A stretch of DNA of 52,612 bases, the filler included, from Jimgerdemannia flammicorona (lineage: Eukaryota): the NCBI GenBank assembly GCA_003990765.1. It is 2 parts of 2 records of this genome, joined end to end, with 100 filler letters (N's around TTAATTAATTAA, not from the genome) between each part and the next. Parts side by side here need not be neighbours in the genome. Positions count along the whole stretch, not along the records: positions 26,358 to 52,612 come from RBNJ01000745.1; 1 more part is not named here. One strand, written 5' to 3'. Shown here piece after piece: positions 50,181-52,612 of the stretch (position 1 is the first letter of the stretch; each line of letters starts with the position of its first letter). The position numbers and the translations under genes were made by a program. A model generated the notes under the pieces. It ran no database searches. It was not told the origin of the DNA and saw nothing but the letters and a program-made list of their open reading frames with translations.

Positions 50181-52206
50181 ATGTTAACCAGCAAGCAAGC
50201 TGACGCACATACTAGGTCAGGTGGATCTGGGGCCTTTGACTGGCAGACTGTCGGGAGAGGGTATGGATTGGGGATGGGGTCTTTTGGTGGCTCGAGTGGG
50301 CAGGGCGGCTCAGGTAGTGGAGGTGGCACTGGTGGGGGGACTGGAGGGAAGCAGGGGAGGAGCTTTGCGGACACACTGAGGGATGGAGGCTGGCCGATGG
50401 GCACTCGTGGTGGACCGGCAGGAGGGAAGGGGAAGCAGAAGGATGGAGCCGCTGGGGGAGCTGGACCTTCGCGGGGGGGAGGTGGGGGTAGTGGAGGGCC
50501 GGCTGGGGGCAGTAGCGGGACTGCTGATGGTGGCGTGACGGCGAATCTGGAAAAAAAAAGAGATGTGACTGTTGATGGCCAGGGGGGGCAGGGGCTCCCA
50601 ATGCAGAAGAGGGACCTGGCTAATGGTGTAACAGGACTGGCGGTGGCCCCATTGCTCAAGAAGTCAATCTCGGAGTTCGCGGCTACCTTGTGCTTCTGAG
50701 GCTTGGCGGTGATGGCGAGGATGGTCCTGGGGCTTATCTCGAAGCAGGTGGCTGGGGCGGCTTTGGTGAAGTTCTTGAAGGGCATGGAGGGAGTTGAGGT
50801 GGGCTTTGAGGAGGCGGGCCTACTGGATGAGGCCATGATGAAGACAGGCATGGTGGTTGGGGAGGTGGTGGTCCCCATGGTGAGGTGCTTGAGGTGGGAC
50901 CCCAGAGTGGTGCAGCTTCTGGTGAGGGGGGTGCCCACGGTGACTAAGGAGGAGACGAGGAGGAGGGTGGAGGAGGTGATGGTTGAGTATGGGGACATGG
51001 TGGACATCGGCTTTCAGTTGTGGGAGGGGACAACTTTCAGGACAGGCGATGTTGATGTCAGGATTCAGTTGGCAGGGAAGAAGGCCACAGGGAAGACAAG
51101 TGATTGGCCCTTGGTGCTAATGTGGGGGGCTATCATCTGCAAGGTGTCGAGGGTTAAGGGGAGCGAAGAGGAGGAGGAGGACTTGTTGGAGGCACTGGAG
51201 GAGTTGGGTGGTGCTGTGGAGAGAAGGGCGAAGGCCTGGAGACTGTATGAGGAGTCGACACATTTGGCGGTGGTGGGTGGGAGGCGTATCCGTATGGATA
51301 AGAAGCAGTGGGAGTGGATTCAGAGATGCAAGAAGTAGAAGGAGCTGTTGGCGAGTATGACTGATGGGGGGAAGAAGAAGTCGGGTGGTGCTGAGGAGGC
51401 GGGAGGCATTGAGGCTAGTGTCTGGGCTGGCAAAGCAGGAGAGGAGGTGGAGGCAAAGGAGGCCGGGACTGGGAAGGGTCCGGATAAGGACCCATTTGCT
51501 GATGGTACCTTTGAAGTATGGGAGCCAGTGCTGGATGCCACCCCCCCCCCCACTTATCAGGAGGGGCCCAGTTGGGAAGCGAGGGGGGACAGAGGATACA
51601 CAGATGCAGGGGGCCCAGCAGGTGTGATTTGGGGTCCCTGATATGGCTCAAGGGGGTCAGGTGGTGGCAGTTGGCGAGGATGAGCCAGTGGAGGAGTGGG
51701 ATGAGGCTGCTAGTGTAGGAGCTGACACCACGATGTTGGATGCAGGGCGACCGGCGACTCCAGGAGGGAAGGAGGTGGGGAACTTGTTGTGGGTACACAA
51801 GGTGATGGATAACCTTGCAGCAGAAGCATTGGGGGAGGTGGACCTGCGGGCGATGCCTGAGGAGCATTGGGCAAGGATCCTGTATGGGGATGGAATGGTG
51901 GAGGCACTGAGGGTGGAGATTCTAGCGATTTTGATGGAGGAGGAGGGATATGAGGTTGATGAGGTGAGGAAGGCAGAGCTGGGGGTGGTTGCTGGTGAGA
52001 GGGCGGATTACTGTTGGGCAGAGCATCATGGTCTACAGCTCTGGCAAGAGGCCTGTCTGGAGTATCGTGAGGATTTTGAGGAGCGTGAGGATGGGGCAAT
52101 GGTAGAACTTCTGGGAGAGTTGGAGGCACGGGAAGCTGGGGAGAGGGAACTGGCTGCTGAACTTAACTTGGACTTGGCGCAGGAGAGGCAGGATGCTGAC
52201 TTATAG
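50181..52206 (+). pseudogene. LINE ORF1 (Gly-rich N-terminus, RRM-like core, acidic C-terminus)
   Basis: VQLLVRGVP...VMVEYGDMVDI...FRTGDVDV (RRM-like); two in-frame stops and a frameshift near the C-run at ~51540. Confidence 0.8.
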
Positions 52207-52209
52207 AGG

Positions 52210-52612
52210 ATGGGCCCTGACATATATCATTATTCTTTATGAACAGTACAACCAACATTTTTTCCTTGAATGTGAATGGGCTAAGGGGCTCTGGGCGGTG
52301 TAGGAACATTTTTACTTGGCTCAAGGGACTGGAGGCTGATCTCTTTTTATTGCAGGATGTTCGATGTGAGGATGAGGACAATCGGGTGGAGTGGACTAGG
52401 GAGTGGGGGGGGGCTGCTGCTTGGTTTGGAAAGGTGGTGATTCTGGTGAGGAAGGGCAGAGGAGACTTGGGGGAAATCAGGAGCTGGGGCGATCGCTTGG
52501 TCTGGGGAGATTGGCATCAATCAGGGTGGGAATCAGTGAAGGTGGGCTCTTGCTACTGCCCTGCGGTTAGGGGTGAGAGGACTGCATGGATTAGGGGATT
52601 GCTGGAGGAGGG
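52210..52612 (+). pseudogene. LINE ORF2 N-terminus, APE endonuclease
   Basis: SLNVNGLRG...WLKGLEADLFLLQDV...GSCYCPA; one early TGA. Confidence 0.85.

Larger units (their letters stand above)
50090..52612 (+). mobile_element. Younger L1/Tx1-type LINE, 5' part (5' UTR, ORF1, start of ORF2), running off the window
   Basis: Retains many CpGs; two-ORF layout; 5' boundary approximate. Confidence 0.9.

Noticed and set aside
50024..51007. 327-aa Pro-rich minus-strand ORF, the longest in the track
   Set aside because: Antisense shadow of the Gly-rich LINE ORF1; G-rich sense codons suppress stops on the other strand

Overview
Eukaryotic, most likely fungal, genomic DNA (taxon inferred from TE types and intron signals only). 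Bases 1-~6780 are a CpG-retaining island holding the 3' end of a Tc1/mariner transposon and no recognisable host gene. From ~6800 to the end is a nested, C->T/G->A hypermutated transposon block. It contains three Ty3/Gypsy families that all carry a dUTPase: E1 (complete chromovirus, 8121-14157), E2 (minus strand, 18740-26257, plus an older relic) and E3 (~36530-44395). It also has a Ty1/Copia relic, several L1/Tx1-type LINEs, four copies of a ~1.2-kb non-coding poly(A) retroposon with a fixed 5' end, and a palindromic hAT-type MITE. An N-gap with an artificial TTAATTAATTAA linker (26258-26357) means the two halves may not be contiguous. The most striking signal is a ~210-nt element just downstream of pol that is shared by the otherwise very divergent E1 and E2. 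It has invariant blocks and compensatory changes in several hairpins and long-range pairings, which makes it a candidate undescribed structured RNA. Also notable: dUTPase captured at two different polyprotein positions, an inverted PBS-like site where E2's polypurine tract should be, and accessory ORFs in E2 and E3.
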